From assembly GCF_046119375.1 (NCBI RefSeq), contig NW_027362772.1, positions 250,108,001 to 250,172,000 of the forward strand: a DNA stretch of 64,000 nucleotides, read 5' to 3'. Below the pieces are notes generated by a model. That model searched no databases, had not been told where the DNA came from, and was given only the letters and a program-made list of their open reading frames with translations. The position numbers and the translations under genes were made by a program. This document shows, one piece after another, positions 1 to 13,857 of this stretch. This DNA is from Phyllobates terribilis (taxonomy: Eukaryota). The stretch's first letter is position 1. Each line of letters opens with the position of its first letter.

Positions 1-870
1 TACAGTTGAATATCTACATTTTTTTTTCTGTTTTTAACAAAATTCAACCAACTTTCTAAAAGTGACATAATAAGAAATGCTAGGTAGGTTCACGTCCAAA
101 AAGCCAGCATCTACAACAGGGCGCTGCATTGGTGTAGTGTGCATGGGTGTAACATTTGACTAGTAAAACAGATGTGCAAAAAAATTTTTGCGACATGCAC
201 ACTTTGTGAGGTAAACAGTCTCAGTTAAATGCCTGGATTTTGAGGATTTTGTTTTGTATTTAAAAAAAATTATTCTCCCTTCAGAGAAAGGTTTGCTCAA
301 GAAATGTAAAAATGCCCTGCAGTTGCTTGTGACAAGTAATCACACTATCTTTGACTGACATTGATTTCAGTTTGTTAGTCTGTAAAAAAATATTGTGCTG
401 GCTTGCTGCTGTTTACTAGTGCATTAAGAATGAAAAAGGTGTGAAAATGTAATTGAAATGTAACAGGACAGATATCAGCTACACAATTTCACTGATCAAT
501 CACTTAGTCTGTTTCTTCTATAGGATTAGGCACCTTTCCTATCTCTCTCTTCCCCTATCAATTGAATCTCCCTATTATTTGTCAAATGCTTTATGGCTTT
601 CTCTTCCTATCTCTATTGTTCAATAGTGATGTCTGATGTCCTCTCATTATCCTAAATCATCCAAAAATAGCTGCTGCTTCCCTGCATAGGCTTTTATACA
701 GGCTTTGATAGTCCTTCCTAATTGGCTGTGATATACCATGTAATGTGATAGCTTCAAGGCATAATAAAGAAGTCCATGCAGTTGCGCCCGATGTCATGTA
801 AGCCTTCTGTGGCTAATATAATCTTCTGAAATGTGTAAAAGGGCCAAGGACATTTTTTTGGATGATTCAC

Positions 871-3418
871 TTCTGGCGACATATCTCCCAATCCTGGACC
901 CCCACAGGTTACGCCCTTCACTAACTCCCCCTCCTATCGCTTCAAACCAAATACAAACTACCGCAATCTCTCCTACATTAAACCTATGCCCTTGACGCCC
1001 ACCCCCTGCTCCCTCAATCTGGAGAACTCTGGAATGCCCGCTCTGTCTGCAATAAGCTACATGTTATTCACGACCTCTTTACCTATAGTAATCGCTCCTT
1101 TCTTGGCATCACCGAAACATGGCTGACACCCTCCGAAACTGCCTGCCCTGCTGTGCTGTGTTACGGTGGCTTGCACTTCACCCACACTCCTCACCCTGGT
1201 AACAGACATGGTGGAGGAGTGGGTCTTCTCCTTTCTACCAACTGCACCTTTAACCCTATTCCACCTCTACCTTCCCTCATCCTCCCTTCTTTTGAAGTCT
1301 ACTCTGTCCGCATCTACTCCCCCTTCAACCTCCAAGTGGCTGTCATATACAGACCTTCAGGCCCGGTCACTCTCTTTATTGACCAATTTCCCACCTGGCT
1401 TCTTCACTTTCTCTCTGCTGATATTCCCACCATCATCATGGGTGATTTCAACATCAACATCCCCACTGACACACACCAGTCAGCAGCCTCCAAACTCCTG
1501 TTGCTCACTTCATCTTTTGGACTTACTCAGTGGTCCTCTTCAGCCACTCACACAGGCGGACATACACTGGACTTTATCTTCACCCGACTCTTCATCCAAC
1601 CTCTCAATCTCCCCCCTCTCCCCATCTGACCACCATCTACTCACTCTCTTATCCCTGTCCTCCTCACCTGTCACCAATGTCCAACAACTAGCATGCCCAC
1701 GCAGGCACCTTGCACATCTAGAAACCTACAGACTCTCTGATTCCATTCTACCACTGACATCCATATCTTCACTCCACGACACAGACAGCGCCACTGCTTT
1801 CTACAATACCACTCTCACATCAGCTATTGACTTGGTCGCCCCTCTGGTGCATGGCAGAATGCAACGAATCAATAGACAACCCTGGCACAATAACCTCACT
1901 AAAAAGCTTCAGCAAGCCTCCAGGGTTGCAGAACGGTGCTGGAAGAAAACACATTCGCAAGAGTCTTCACTGCATTTAAACGAGCAACACTCGCATTCAA
2001 ATCAGCCCTCACCTCCGTTAAACAGGCCTACTTCACAACCCTCATAACTTCCTTATCCTAAAACCCCAAACAACTATTCAGTACTTTTAACTCCCTCCTC
2101 CGCCCTCCACTGCCCCCTCTGATCTCCCTCATCACTGCTGAGGACTTTGTCACACACTTCAAAAACAAGGGAAGCCTTCATTGTCCAACCAGCACAACCC
2201 CTTTGTTTTCCAGACCATTGCCCTTCCTCCATAATCTCCCTCTCCAACATCACTGAAGGAGAGCTTACTCGTCTCCTCTCCAAATCACACCTCTCCACTT
2301 TTGCACTCGACCCCATCCCATCCCACCTCCTCTCCAAGCTCACCCCCACACTCATCCCGTCTCTAACCCATCTCTTCAACCTATCACTAACTTCTGGTAC
2401 CTTCCCTCTGCCTTCAAACATGCCACAATCATGCCCATCCTCAAAAAGCCATCCCTCGACCCGACCGCTTTGACCAGCTATCGCCCCATATTGCTGCTCC
2501 CATTCGCCTCCAAACTCCTTGAGCAACATGTTCACGCTGAACTTTCCTCTCACCTCTTATCTAACTCTCTCTTCGACAACCAATAATCTGGCTTCCGTCC
2601 CTACCATTCCACCGAAATTGCCATTACCAAAATTACTAATGACCTACTTACAGCCAAAGCTAACAGACAATTCTCCATACTCCTTCTTCTAGACCTGTCC
2701 TCTGCCTTCGACACAGTTGACCATGGCCTCCTACTACAGATTCTCTCTTCCTTTGGTGTGAAAGACCTTGCCCTATTCTGGATCTTCTCATACCTTACCA
2801 ACCGCACATTTAGCGTCTCCAACTCCCACACTACCTCCTCATCCCGCCCTCTCTCTATTGGAGTCCCTCGAGGCTCCGTCCTAGAACCCCTACTCTTCTC
2901 CATCTATACCCTTGGCCTGGGACAGCTCATAAAGTACCATAGCTTCCAGTACCACCTGTACGCCGATGACACCCAGATTTATCTCTCTGGCCCAAACATC
3001 ACCTCTCTGCTGTCCAGTATCCCAGCATGTCTATCAGCCGTATCCTCCTTCTTCTCCTCTCGCTTCCTCAAACTCAATGTGGACAAATCTGAACTCATTA
3101 TCTTTCCTCCATCTCGCGTATCTTCCCCATCTGATCTATCTATCACAATAAATGACATTACTCTTTCCCCTGTACCAGAAATCCACTGCATCAGCGTAAC
3201 CCTCGACTCTGCTCTGTCCTTCAAACCACACATCCAAGCGCTCACCACCTCCTGTTGCCTCCAGCTCAAAAATATTTCCAGAATCTGTCCTTTCCTCAAC
3301 CTTCAATCTACTAAACTGCTTTTGCATGCCCTCATCATCTCTCGCCTCGGCTACTGCTGCATCCTCCTCTGTGGCCTACCTGCTAACACTCTTGCACATC
3401 TCCAGTCTGTCCTTAACT
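871..3418 (+). mobile_element. L2-clade LINE, ORF2 5' part (APE endonuclease + RT), frameshifted; interrupted by a CR1 insertion
   Basis: Begins at a GDISPNPGP motif. APE motifs follow (LWNARS, ITETWL, GGGVG, VIYRP, MGDFN, GHTLD), then RT motifs ([26 protein letters not shown]). C/T-rich L2-like composition. Reading frame resumes after the CR1 at 7056. Confidence 0.9.
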
Positions 3419-4056
3419 GGAGATGTGCAAGAACCATGAAGAACCATGAAGAAATACAGCAAAATAAGACTTTGCCAGCAATGAATAACCTTGTAAGCCC
3501 TCAGAATCCTCCTGGATGGAGAAAGAAGAATGTTGTGAAGAAAAAACGGAGAGTGGTGGTCATGGGGGATTCCCTGTTAAGAGGAACAGAGGCCGCTATC
3601 TGCAGACCAGACATAACCTCAAGAGAAATGTGCTGTCTTCCAGGAGCAAAAATTAAAGATGTGTCTGACAGGATATCAAGACTCTTCAGACCTACAGATC
3701 ACTACCCATTCCTGCTAATACATGTGGGGACAAATGACACCGCAAGAAAGGACCTGGAAACCATCTGCAGTGACTTTGAAGACTTAGGCAAGAAAGTGAA
3801 AGAATTGGGAGCGCAGGTGGTCTTCTCATCCATCCTCCCAGTGGATGGCCATGGAACAATGAGGTGGAATAAGATTCTACAGGTGAACAACTGGCTACGT
3901 CGATGGTGCCGTCAACAAGGATTTGGATTTCTGGATCACGGAATGAATTACCTATACGATGGACTACTTGCTAGAGATGGGATGCACCTTACGAAGACTG
4001 GAAAACATGTATTTGGAAGTCGCCTTGCTACACTCATCAGAAGAGCTTTAAACTAG
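3419..4056 (+). pseudogene. CR1 ORF1 C-terminal part, SGNH/GDSL esterase domain
   Basis: Motifs [17 protein letters not shown] and DGMHL; ends RRALN*. N-terminus lost by 5' truncation. Confidence 0.88.
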
Positions 4057-4178
4057 AACAATGTGGGAAGGGAAGCAAAAGGCCAGAAAAAGCCATACAG
4101 CTGACAAATACTATTGAGATCTCTGTTACTGGAAGTGGAAAAGAAGAACAAAGACAAAACAATTTAAATAATAAAAAT

Positions 4179-6968
4179 ATGGGAGGAAGAGAAACCAATC
4201 ACAAACTAAAATGTTTTTATACAAATGCACAAAGCATGGGCAACAAACAAGGAGAATTGGAACTACTAATGCAGGAAAAGGAATATGATGTCATTGGAAT
4301 CACTGAAACTTGGTGGGACGATACACATGATTGGAATAAAAGGCTAAAAGGATACAACTTATTTGCAAGAAACAGACTTGATAAACGAGGAGGAGGTGTT
4401 GCATTGTATGTTAGAAAAGCGTATATCTGCACAGAGATTGAAGCTTCAGAGACTGGGAGTTCTGTGGAAACTGTTTGGGTAAGAACACAAGGAGAGAACA
4501 ACGGAAAGGACACCATTGTAGGCATTTACTACAGGCCACCTGGGCAAGCTGAAGATATGGATGAACTCTTTATGTATCAAATGACCAAGTTCTCCAAAAA
4601 ATATGACGTAGTGGTCATGGGAGATTTCAACTATCCAGACATTTGTTGGGAATCTTTCTCAAGTAAAACTAACAGGTCAAGCAAATTCTTATCCTCTCTT
4701 GCTGACAACTTTATCTTCCAAAAGGTAGGGGAGAAAACAAGGGGATCTGCTACTTTGGATCTAATCCTTATAAACAGGGAGGAAATGGTTGAGGAGGTAA
4801 AGGTGGCTGGGACCCTAGGAGGCAGCGATCATGCTATTATAGAATTTTGGATAACTAGAGGAGGAAGACATGTGAAGACTCAAACTTCAAGGTTAGATTT
4901 TAGAAAGGCAGATTTTAAGAGACTCAGAAAGAGAATAGGAGGGATCCAATGGCTGGATGTCCTTAAGGACAAAAATGTCCAGGAAGGATGGGAAATTTTT
5001 AAAAATGAGATTCTCAAAGCACAATCGTTAACAATCCCGAAAAGTAGGAAGAATGGGAAGCATTTAAGGAAACCAGGATGGATGAACACAGAACTTAAAC
5101 ACATGCTAAAAAGAAAGAAAGAAATGTTTATTAAATGGAAAGAGGGAGGCATATCTAAAGAAGATTAAAATGCAGTCTGCAGATCCTGTAGGGCACGTAT
5201 CAGGTTAGCTAAAGCTGACAATGAATTAAGGCTTGCAAGAGATGTCAAAAGCAATAAAAAAGGATTTTGGGGGTATGTCAGAAGTAAAAGAAAAGTCAAA
5301 GATGCTATAGGATTTTTACAGGATGAAAATGGAGAAATGGTAAGAGAGGATGTTGAGAAGGCCGAACTTTTTAATTCCTATTTTGCATCTGTTTTCTCTC
5401 AGAAAGAAAATGTAACATCAACTGATCTTCACTGTCCTTTTAAAGGAATAGAGGAATCCAAGTTATCTGTAAACAGAAAGATTGTGAGGGAATATTTAGC
5501 TAACATAAATGAGTTCAAGTCTCCAGGTCCAGATGAATTACACCCCAGAGTACTGAAGGAGATCGTAGAAGAAATTTTAGAACCACTCTCCATAATCTTT
5601 GAAAATTCTTGGAGAACAGGAGAAGTCCCAGAAGACTGGAGAAGAGCAAATGTTGTTCCTATCTTCAAAAAGGGGAAGAAGGTGGACCCAGGGAACTATA
5701 GGCCGGTGAGTCTGACTTCTATACCAGGAAAGATCTTTGAACAAATTATTAAACAACATGTATGTAAGTACATGGATAAGAATGAAATGATTAACCAGAG
5801 TCAGCATGGGTTTGTAACTAACAAGTCATGTCAGACTAACTTAATTTCCTTCTATGACAGAATCACTGACTGGGTGGATCAGGGAAATGCTGTAGATATA
5901 GTATATCTTGACTTCAGCAAAGCATTTGACAAAGTATCTCACACCATCCTTATTGAAAAAATGACCAAGTATGCAATGGACCAGGCAACTGTTAGGTGGA
6001 TTCATAACTGGCTTAGTGATCGGACTCAAAGGGTGGTTGTAAATGGCTTCACATCCAGCTGGATGAATGTCTCAAGTGGGGTACCACAGGGCTCCGTCCT
6101 GGGACCTGTATTGTTCAACATCTTTATCAATGATTTAGATGAAGGAATTGAGGGTAAACTGATTAAATTTGCTGATGACACAAAGCTAGGAGGGATAGCT
6201 AATACTAGAGAAGAGAGAGAGAGGATTCAAAAAGACCTAAATAAACTGGAGCAGTGGGCAGCAACCAACAGAATGGTTTTTAACAGGGAAAAATGCAAAG
6301 TACTAGATCTGGGCAATAAAAATGAAAAAAACATATACAGAATGGGAGGAATAGAGCTAAGCAACAGTACATGTGAAAAAGACTTAGGTATACTAATAGA
6401 TCATAGACTGAACATGAGTCAATAGTGTGATGCAGCAGCAAAAAAGGCAAATACAATTCTGGGATGTATTAACAGAAGCATACAGTCTAGATCACGTGAA
6501 GTCATTATCGGTCTTTACTCCTCTTTGGTCAGACCTCATCTGGAATACTGTGTACAGTTTTGGGCACCACATTTTAAAAAAGACATAGACAAACTGGAGC
6601 AAGTTCAGAGAAGAGCGACCAGAATGGTGACTGGTCTGCAAACCATGTCCTATGAGGAACGGTTGCAGGATTTGGGAATGTTTAGCTTGCAAAAAAGAAG
6701 ACTGAGAGGAGACTTAATAGCTGTCTACAAATATGTCAAGGGCTGTCACATTGTAGAAGGATCATCTTTATTCTCATTTGTACAAGGAAAGACTAGAAGC
6801 AATGGGATGAAACTAAATGGGAGGAGACACAGATTAGATATTAGAAAAAACTTTTTGACAGTTAGGGTGATTAATGAGTGGAACAGGCTGCCACGAGAGG
6901 TGGTGAGTTCCCCTTCAATGGACGTCTTCAAACAGAGGCTGGACAGACATCTGTCTGAGATGATCTAG
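4179..6968 (+). pseudogene. CR1 ORF2 (APE endonuclease + reverse transcriptase), two in-frame nonsense codons
   Basis: ORF pieces 4179-5168, 5337-6425 and 6525-6968 are all in one frame, separated only by TAA 5166-5168 and TAG 6423-6425. Motifs YTNAQS, GITETWW, KSPGPD, YLDFSKAFD, GVPQGSVLGP, FADD. Confidence 0.93.
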
Positions 6969-7055
6969 TGAATCCTGCTTTGAGCAGGGGGTTGGACCAG
7001 ATGACCCAGGAGGTCCCTTCCAACTCTACCATTCTATGATTCTATGATTTTAACT

Positions 7056-7708
7056 CTGCCGCCCGACTAGTTCATCTCTCTCCTCACTACTCCTCTGCTA
7101 CCCCACTCTGCAAATCTCTTCACTGGCCCCCAATTGCCCAGCGTATCCAGTACAAACTATTAATACTGACCTACAAAGCCATCCATAACCTTTCTCCTCC
7201 GTACATCTCTGAACTAATCTCCCGATATATTCCCTTACATACTCTCTGGTCCTCCCAAGACCACCTCCTCTCCTCCACACTTATTCGTTCCTCACCCAAT
7301 CGCCTCCAAGACTTCTTCCGAATATCCCCCATCCTCTGGAATTCTGTGCCTCAACACGTCCAATGATCCGCCACATTCGGATCCTTCAGATGGAACCTGA
7401 AAACCCACCTCTTCAAGAAAGCTTACAACCTGCAATGACCACGCTGCCTCCTCAACACCACTGGAGCTGCTGCCTTACCAACACCAGACCTGTGCCTTAC
7501 CACAACCAGATCTCTGAAATCCCCCAACCCACTGTCTCCTTCCCCATCATCCTGTAGAATGTAAGCCCGCAAGGGCAGGGTCCTCTTCTCATCTTCTTAC
7601 TGTACTAGTCTATCATTGTTTATTTGTTACTGTAAGTGATATCTGTATTTTGTATGTAACCCCTTCTCATGTACAGCACCATGGAATCAAAATCCTAATA
7701 ATAATAAT
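7056..7708 (+). mobile_element. L2 LINE 3' part (end of ORF2 and 3' UTR)
   Basis: Continues the L2 frame after the TSD (SAARLVHLSPHYSSATPLCKSLHW...). L2-type 3' UTR ends in (AAT)n at about 7697-7708. Confidence 0.88.
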
Positions 7709-10700
7709 TCAACATGAATTCAAATTTTTATTCCATCAGTACACTCATTTCTGGTAAGAACATTTTTATTTATTTTTTAAATCAGTATCATAAAAATAGT
7801 ACAGACAAAAGTATAAACTTTGTTATATATCTTATTACAGAAAAATGTCACTTTACCCACTTATCAGTCACATTTTGTCTCCTGCACTGATCATTTACTC
7901 TCAACTGCTCAAATCTGTCTACAGATCTGTCTTCAGTGAAAGATCAAATTATACCTTCTGCCTATAGATATATATAGAGGAATGGGGGGGAGCGGCAGGG
8001 CACACACTTAGAAACTTCTGACGTTTCTAGTAACTAGAGTCCATAGCGGGGAAACCTGTTAAAAAAATGCAAGACATGAGTCACTCAGTATAATGGACAG
8101 AAATGGTGTAAAACAAACGTGACAGCTTATTTTGAAAAGTCTGAAAGTGCTCATTAAAGCTGTCATGTCATTGTTATGGGAGTTAAAAAAGAGGGAAAAG
8201 ACCCTTCTGTAAAATATATTTTTCGTGATGGGTAATAAAGACTGGAAAGGGACAGTCATTCCCAAGAACCATCATTTTTTGTTACTTTATGGGTACATTG
8301 AAATTGCTGATGGTCATCAATGTTTGATCACAGATGTCTGACCTCTGTCAATCGGCACCGTGAAGGGCTCTCTGCACATCCCTTCATTGTCCACAGTAAC
8401 CGTTCCTGGTACTGCAGCATATTTTATTTATTTGACCGACAATTTCACTTAAAAATGTATCAAAGAAGTAAAAATGAAAAAAAAATGTGCCAAAAACAGG
8501 CACAAACCAAATCACGCTGAATTTATCTTTTTTTTTTTGCATATGCCACCATTCTTGGCTCTGTCACACAAAAAAACACTATTAATAATTGACCCCCATT
8601 GTCCTAGCAGCAGCGTTCAAAGCTTCTTTGTCCACCTCCAGTAAAGGCAGGAAACAAGAGGCATTGCTACAATGTGCAAAAGTTATAAACCTCCAGGGTA
8701 AAACGTACGGCGTAAATGGACAGCTCAGGATGCACTTAGCTGCCCCATCCCAGCAGTAAAGGAGATTACTGTATCCATATATTGGCAGTTACACTTTAGT
8801 AGACCACAAGGGTCTAAGTAAAATGAGAGGTAATTGAGGATTGAGCAGAGGGAAAGATTATCTAAAGCTGAAAGGGATCTTCAGAGAAGATTAAAGTGAG
8901 TGCGAGATCTCAGAGGAAGCGACACTTGTGATTTAAGACAGAAAACAAGAGTTCCAGCAGTATTTCCTGGCAGCGCTCACCGGCATCCTGTTAAAAACTT
9001 TCTAAGCAATGAAATAAGTTTGTCATTTTTTACTAAAGACTCGGTGACCGCTATATTAAACAGAGAAATGAAATAAACACGAAACTTGTCGCTGCCGATT
9101 CCTGTTATCCCTGAGATGCCAAGAAAGAAGTAGAAGCAAAATTCAAAGACACAGATGAGCAGAAAGGCCAACTATTACAGAACAAACAGGCAACCACTGC
9201 ACCATAAATGGCTAGTGGTGTCTGTGCTGTCAGTCCATGCAAAAAGAGAAATATATAAAATATTATATTGCATGTATTATAAAATGTGTTACATATACAG
9301 TATATATCTATAATATAGATATATACACACATAAATATACAAAACATTCTATATACATTATATAATCACACCTAGACCCTGTTGCTGGACGGGGGATATT
9401 GGCCCCCTCCAGTCACAGGGTGTAGGTGTGACTGTTACCGCTGTAATTCCTCCAGCTATGCCAATGTTGTCTCATTATAATGTACAAGGTTAAAGAGGAC
9501 CTACCACCAGGTCAAATGTGTCTTGTTTTATTCCCACTGCTCCCCTGAGCATTCTACTTTTTTTATTTTTTTAAATCTGCTATAGGGCTCCAGAAATATA
9601 GGCCTTTTTTACTTAGTGTCATTTTTTTATTGTCTTTACAAGGGGTCGTGGCTCACAGGGTAAGAATGCAGAGGAACCTAAAGACACGCCCCCGAGGATC
9701 CATCAAGCCACGCCCCTTTTTTTAAAAAAAAACCCGCACTAAATAAAAAAAAATGCATATCTCTGGAACCGTGTGGTGGATTTTGAAAAAGAAAAAAGGG
9801 GAATACTCAGGGGAACAGTAGAAGTAAAAAAAAAAACAATAACTGGACAAATTTAACCTGGTCACAGGTTTTCCTTAATGGGGTTGTCTATTGCTTATAA
9901 CCATTACCTAATGGGCACGTGGTGGTGAAAAGGTAAAAAAATATATATATATATACTTACATACCGGCTAGTACCAGTATTAGTGACAGAACGGAGGAGT
10001 AGCACTAGTCCAGTAGGTAAGTGTACTTTCTTTTTAAACTTTTTTAGTTTTCCACCAACCCATTAAGCAATTGTTATAAAGTAAAGGGACAACCCCTTGA
10101 GCATTATTAATATCTAGCAACAATCATGAAATATTAACCTCTTCCTGCCCACGCCATGTAAGTTAATCTTCTGATGGCATGGTTCTTGCGCCAGATGTTT
10201 ATTAATGTGCTGGTTTTAATGGCACTATGAGCGGAATATGAAAGCATAGTTTCTGCATTCAGACGTTTGGTAGGGAGCCCCCTGACACCACTTATTACAT
10301 CAACGGTATTCTCTGTTTCGAGGGAGCTTGGAGACGTGTTTATTATAGAACTCTGTAGGCTGTTAATATTAGATCGCTGTTATCAGTGATCTATATATGG
10401 GGACAGCGAAAACGCATTGAAAATGTGCTAAAATATAAACTACATAATAAATACATGAATGTAGTATGTAATAAAATATGAAAAAAGCAATTTAATAAAT
10501 TCTTCCTCCCAACAAAATATTGCATAAAACTCTAATGCAGCACGGACCAGTGGTGCCGGAACAGCAGCAAGACAATCTAGTTGGTAAAATGGTAGTAAAT
10601 GTAGCAGAGCGGTAACAACAGCAACTGGAGTAGCTGAAGGGTGTCACAGCAATGCAGCAGAGCTGACTCAGCATTTAGGAACCGAGCTAAGTTTGCAACA

Positions 10701-11045
10701 GACACTCAATACAGCAGAACTGCAAAGTGATGTAGCAGAAAGGTGCAGCAGAACTTGATGTAGCAATGCTAGAACTAAGATGACCGGAACAGAGTTGAAT
10801 TTGCAGTGGTGGTGCAGTGTGCGACAAATACCTATATACTCAGGCGGTGTCATGCCGTGGCACAGGAGAAGAGACAAGTCCAGCTGGTTACACACAGTGC
10901 TGGAACCGGGACAGGTGAGTAACAAGTGACATCAAACATTTTCCAGTGCTCATTTATTTGACATTATTATGCACAGGAGTATTTTGAGGACTCTATTTCT
11001 TCAAATGTTTCCACTGTAATCTATGAAGAGCCAATGGAGGAAATG

Positions 11046-11413
11046 AAAGGGGTCGGCCGGGTCATCAATGTCTGATCGGTGGAGGTGCGATACTCGGCAT
11101 CCTCGTCGATCAGCTGCTCCCAGGGTCGGCGGCGGCCAGAACTGCTCAGTCGCAGAGCACAGCTCAATTGCATCAACAGAATATTTGTCGCGACCAGGTA
11201 CTGCACATCCGCCACCTATTCAAATCAATATGGGGTGGAAGTGCAATACCCATCCGTGTCCACTATTCCATCGACAGAGCTGTGCAGCTCCGCAACTGAG
11301 CAGTTCTGGCCGCCAATGCCACCAGGATCAGCCGGGTGTCACACCCCCATCGATCAGACATTGATGACCTAATGATAGACCATTAATGTTAAAGTCAAGG
11401 ACAACCCCTTTAA
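11046..11413. mobile_element. TTAA-type (T2/Kolobok-like) MITE
   Basis: Right end GGACAACCCCTTTAA, degenerate left end AAAGGGGTCGGCC. Perfect 18-bp subterminal inverted repeat at 11061-11078 / 11351-11368. Confidence 0.7.
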
Positions 11414-12586
11414 GGAAGCCCTATCTCCAAAAAGTGTCATAGTTGTGTGTTTCCGGCATGCTCGGCAGCTTCCACAGCCTCCTATAGAAACATATGACGT
11501 CAGTCATATTTCGAAGAATATTTTTTTGGGGTGAGGATTATATTTTGTTAAATAAAAAAGAGGCACTTTTTTAGTAACAGGTTTCCATTAAAGATCCCGA
11601 GATCTAATGCAAAATTTAAAATAAAGCCCCATACGTGGCACTAACAATGCCGGTCATCTTCTGAGCAGAGGGACTTTTGAGACCTCGGAAGCACCAGGAC
11701 TTGGCTACAGCTGCTACTTCTTCACCCCCTACAGCTCGGAGATATATTCCTGGGGGACATCTACTTCATGTCTGGATTTGCATCAGGTTGCAATGATATC
11801 GTTCACCTAGACTTTTCGAGGCAACATCCTGGACATTATGACAAGCTCACAGCTCTAAAAATACTTCCCAGCTGAGCCATAAACACTTTCATGACACACT
11901 TAGCCATAATATTACACCCAGACCACATCTGAAAATCTAATGATAGTGTTGCGTTTCTTCATTCTTTCATTGAACTCTGCAGAGTTTGTCATTTATTCTA
12001 GACGTGTAGATTCTGCTGATCTCAGGCAAATCACAGAGTTTTCAGCCAACAGCTTGGCTGCGGAGTAGAAAATCTGTCCCTGCTTGTCTATGAAGCAGAG
12101 TGAGAACAGGGCTCTGGGGATTCAGTAATAACTCTGGAGAACGGTAAATCCCCGGGTCCCATTTCTGACACTGAATCCTGGAATCCGGCCATAAACTACA
12201 GTAATATAAATACTGATCTATCAAATAAAACAGCGGACACAAGATACGCCGTCTCGATGTAGGAAATAAAGTCAAGAGTCATTGTCATGAGTGGTGAGAT
12301 ACGTCCCTACAGCCTGTGCCAATGTCTGTTCCATACATTATGTGCCCTATCAGTGGCACAGGATGAAGCTTATGGGCCCCAAATAAAGATCTCCAACAGG
12401 GCTCCAAACTATCGTATAGTATTGGTCATCTCATATGGGCTGAAGAGACCTATTAGGACCCTAGGCTCCAGGGCCTGGGTGCAACTGCAAAACCAGCACC
12501 CACCATAAATACACTCCTGTGCCCTAATAGAAAACTGATGAACATCACCCACATTGTGACTCATCGATGGTACTTGAAGTGCTGCT

Positions 12587-12895
12587 TACTGTTGATCGAG
12601 TAGGTTTCATTAACCCTTTCGGCGAGCACGCTCGGGTGCTCGCCGAGTATTTTGGCGTGCTCGGCATTTCTTTTACTGTCGCCGCGGTTGCAAGTGTCAC
12701 GGCTGTTAGACAGCTTTGACACATGCAGGGATTGCCTGTTCGACAGTCAATCTCTGCATGTGTCACAGCTGTCTCACAGTCATGACACTTGTAGCCGCGG
12801 CGACAGTAAAAGATATGCCGAGCACGCCAAAATACTCGGCGAGCACCTGAGCGTGATCGCCGAAAGGGTTAATGAAACTTACTCGCTAAACACTA
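12587..12895. mobile_element. Palindromic (fold-back) MITE, about 310 bp
   Basis: Arms are reverse complements along almost the whole length, e.g. TTTCATTAACCCTTTCGGCGA / TCGCCGAAAGGGTTAATGAAA. Confidence 0.85.
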
Positions 12896-13857
12896 ATGCT
12901 GCGTCTAGTCACCACAGTTGACTATTTTTGCAGTATCATAAAAAAATGTGAACCTGATTGACCCTATTATATGCCAATGGGATCCATCAGGATTCATTAG
13001 GATCTTCAGAAAAGATTCCTCAAAACTGTCACGGACGAGTCAAAGGGATACCCTGGAAGAATACATTGATGATCTATCCTTTCAATGTTTTTAGGTAGAG
13101 GTCACAATTTCTGAGTGATCAGAAGAATGAAGGGGTCGCTAGAGTTCAGTTTAATGGGATTGAGCTGTAGAACCAGACACAGATCAAGGAATGGATGCAA
13201 TGCAGGGTCTAGAAAAACAATAAGGGGCTGGAAAGTGTCACAGACCATTTATCCTACTGCTGTATAGTAGGGGTCCTAAAGATCAGCCCCAAACCAAAGA
13301 TTGATAGGTTATTCTAAAGCCCCCTATATTCCTTATGTGGCTGTTGACTGAACCGTCATTCGACCGGCAGCTATCTAGGCCACCTATCCCATACATCGGA
13401 GCGCTCTCTCTGCAGACCACTCCTATGTTCTGTATGAAAGGGCCAGACTTCTCTGGTGGTGGCTTATCTCCAGGGAGCGGAAAAAAATCGGAAGTCTGAA
13501 ATTGGACATGTCGGATCTTTATCTTCCCCAACATTATCTATCGAAGGCCCTATACATATTAGACTGTTGACCAAATCGATGATATTGGTGGGCTTGGTGG
13601 AGGTTAGTCTAATGTATTTGGGGGGGGGGGTAGCTTAAAAATAGGCTATGCTTGAAATCAGCTTTATTATAATAAGCAATTATGCATGGATATTGACAGC
13701 TGTTTTCCAGGGGAGTGGAGCCCAACGCGAACACCTGAATGTCCGGGCAATATTCCGAAAAGCATTATTAGTATTTCTGCCTGCAGTCACTTGGGGTTCA
13801 GGAGTTAGCTAGATACAATTTATACATTGGGACCAATAACAAAACAGTATGCAGGAA

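Larger units (their letters stand above)
3419..7049 (+). mobile_element. CR1 LINE, 5'-truncated within ORF1, inserted into the L2
   Basis: TSD TTAACT at 3413-3418 and 7050-7055. 3' end has (ATTCTATG)2 repeats preceded by the CR1-type 3' hairpin region. Contains an ORF1 esterase and an ORF2 APE-RT. Confidence 0.95.

Noticed and set aside
2758-4056. 432-aa ORF joining an RT to an SGNH esterase, apparently a novel fusion gene
   Set aside because: Chance in-frame junction made by the CR1 inserting into the L2. TSD TTAACT marks the breakpoint at 3418/3419 and the L2 frame resumes at 7056.
8590-9260. Purine-rich stretch with coiled-coil-like peptide fragments (EQRERLSKAERDLQRRLK; DAKKEVEAKFKDTDEQKGQ)
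   Set aside because: Stops in every frame and no identifiable homolog. It could be an old retrocopy but is unsupported.
11635-11749. Possible minus-strand host exon (IYLRAVGGEEVAAVAKSWCFRG...) and possible plus-strand exon 285-335 (KGLLKKCKNALQLLVT)
   Set aside because: AG/GT boundaries exist, but there are no compatible partner exons or recognisable protein. tBLASTx or RNA-seq would be needed.
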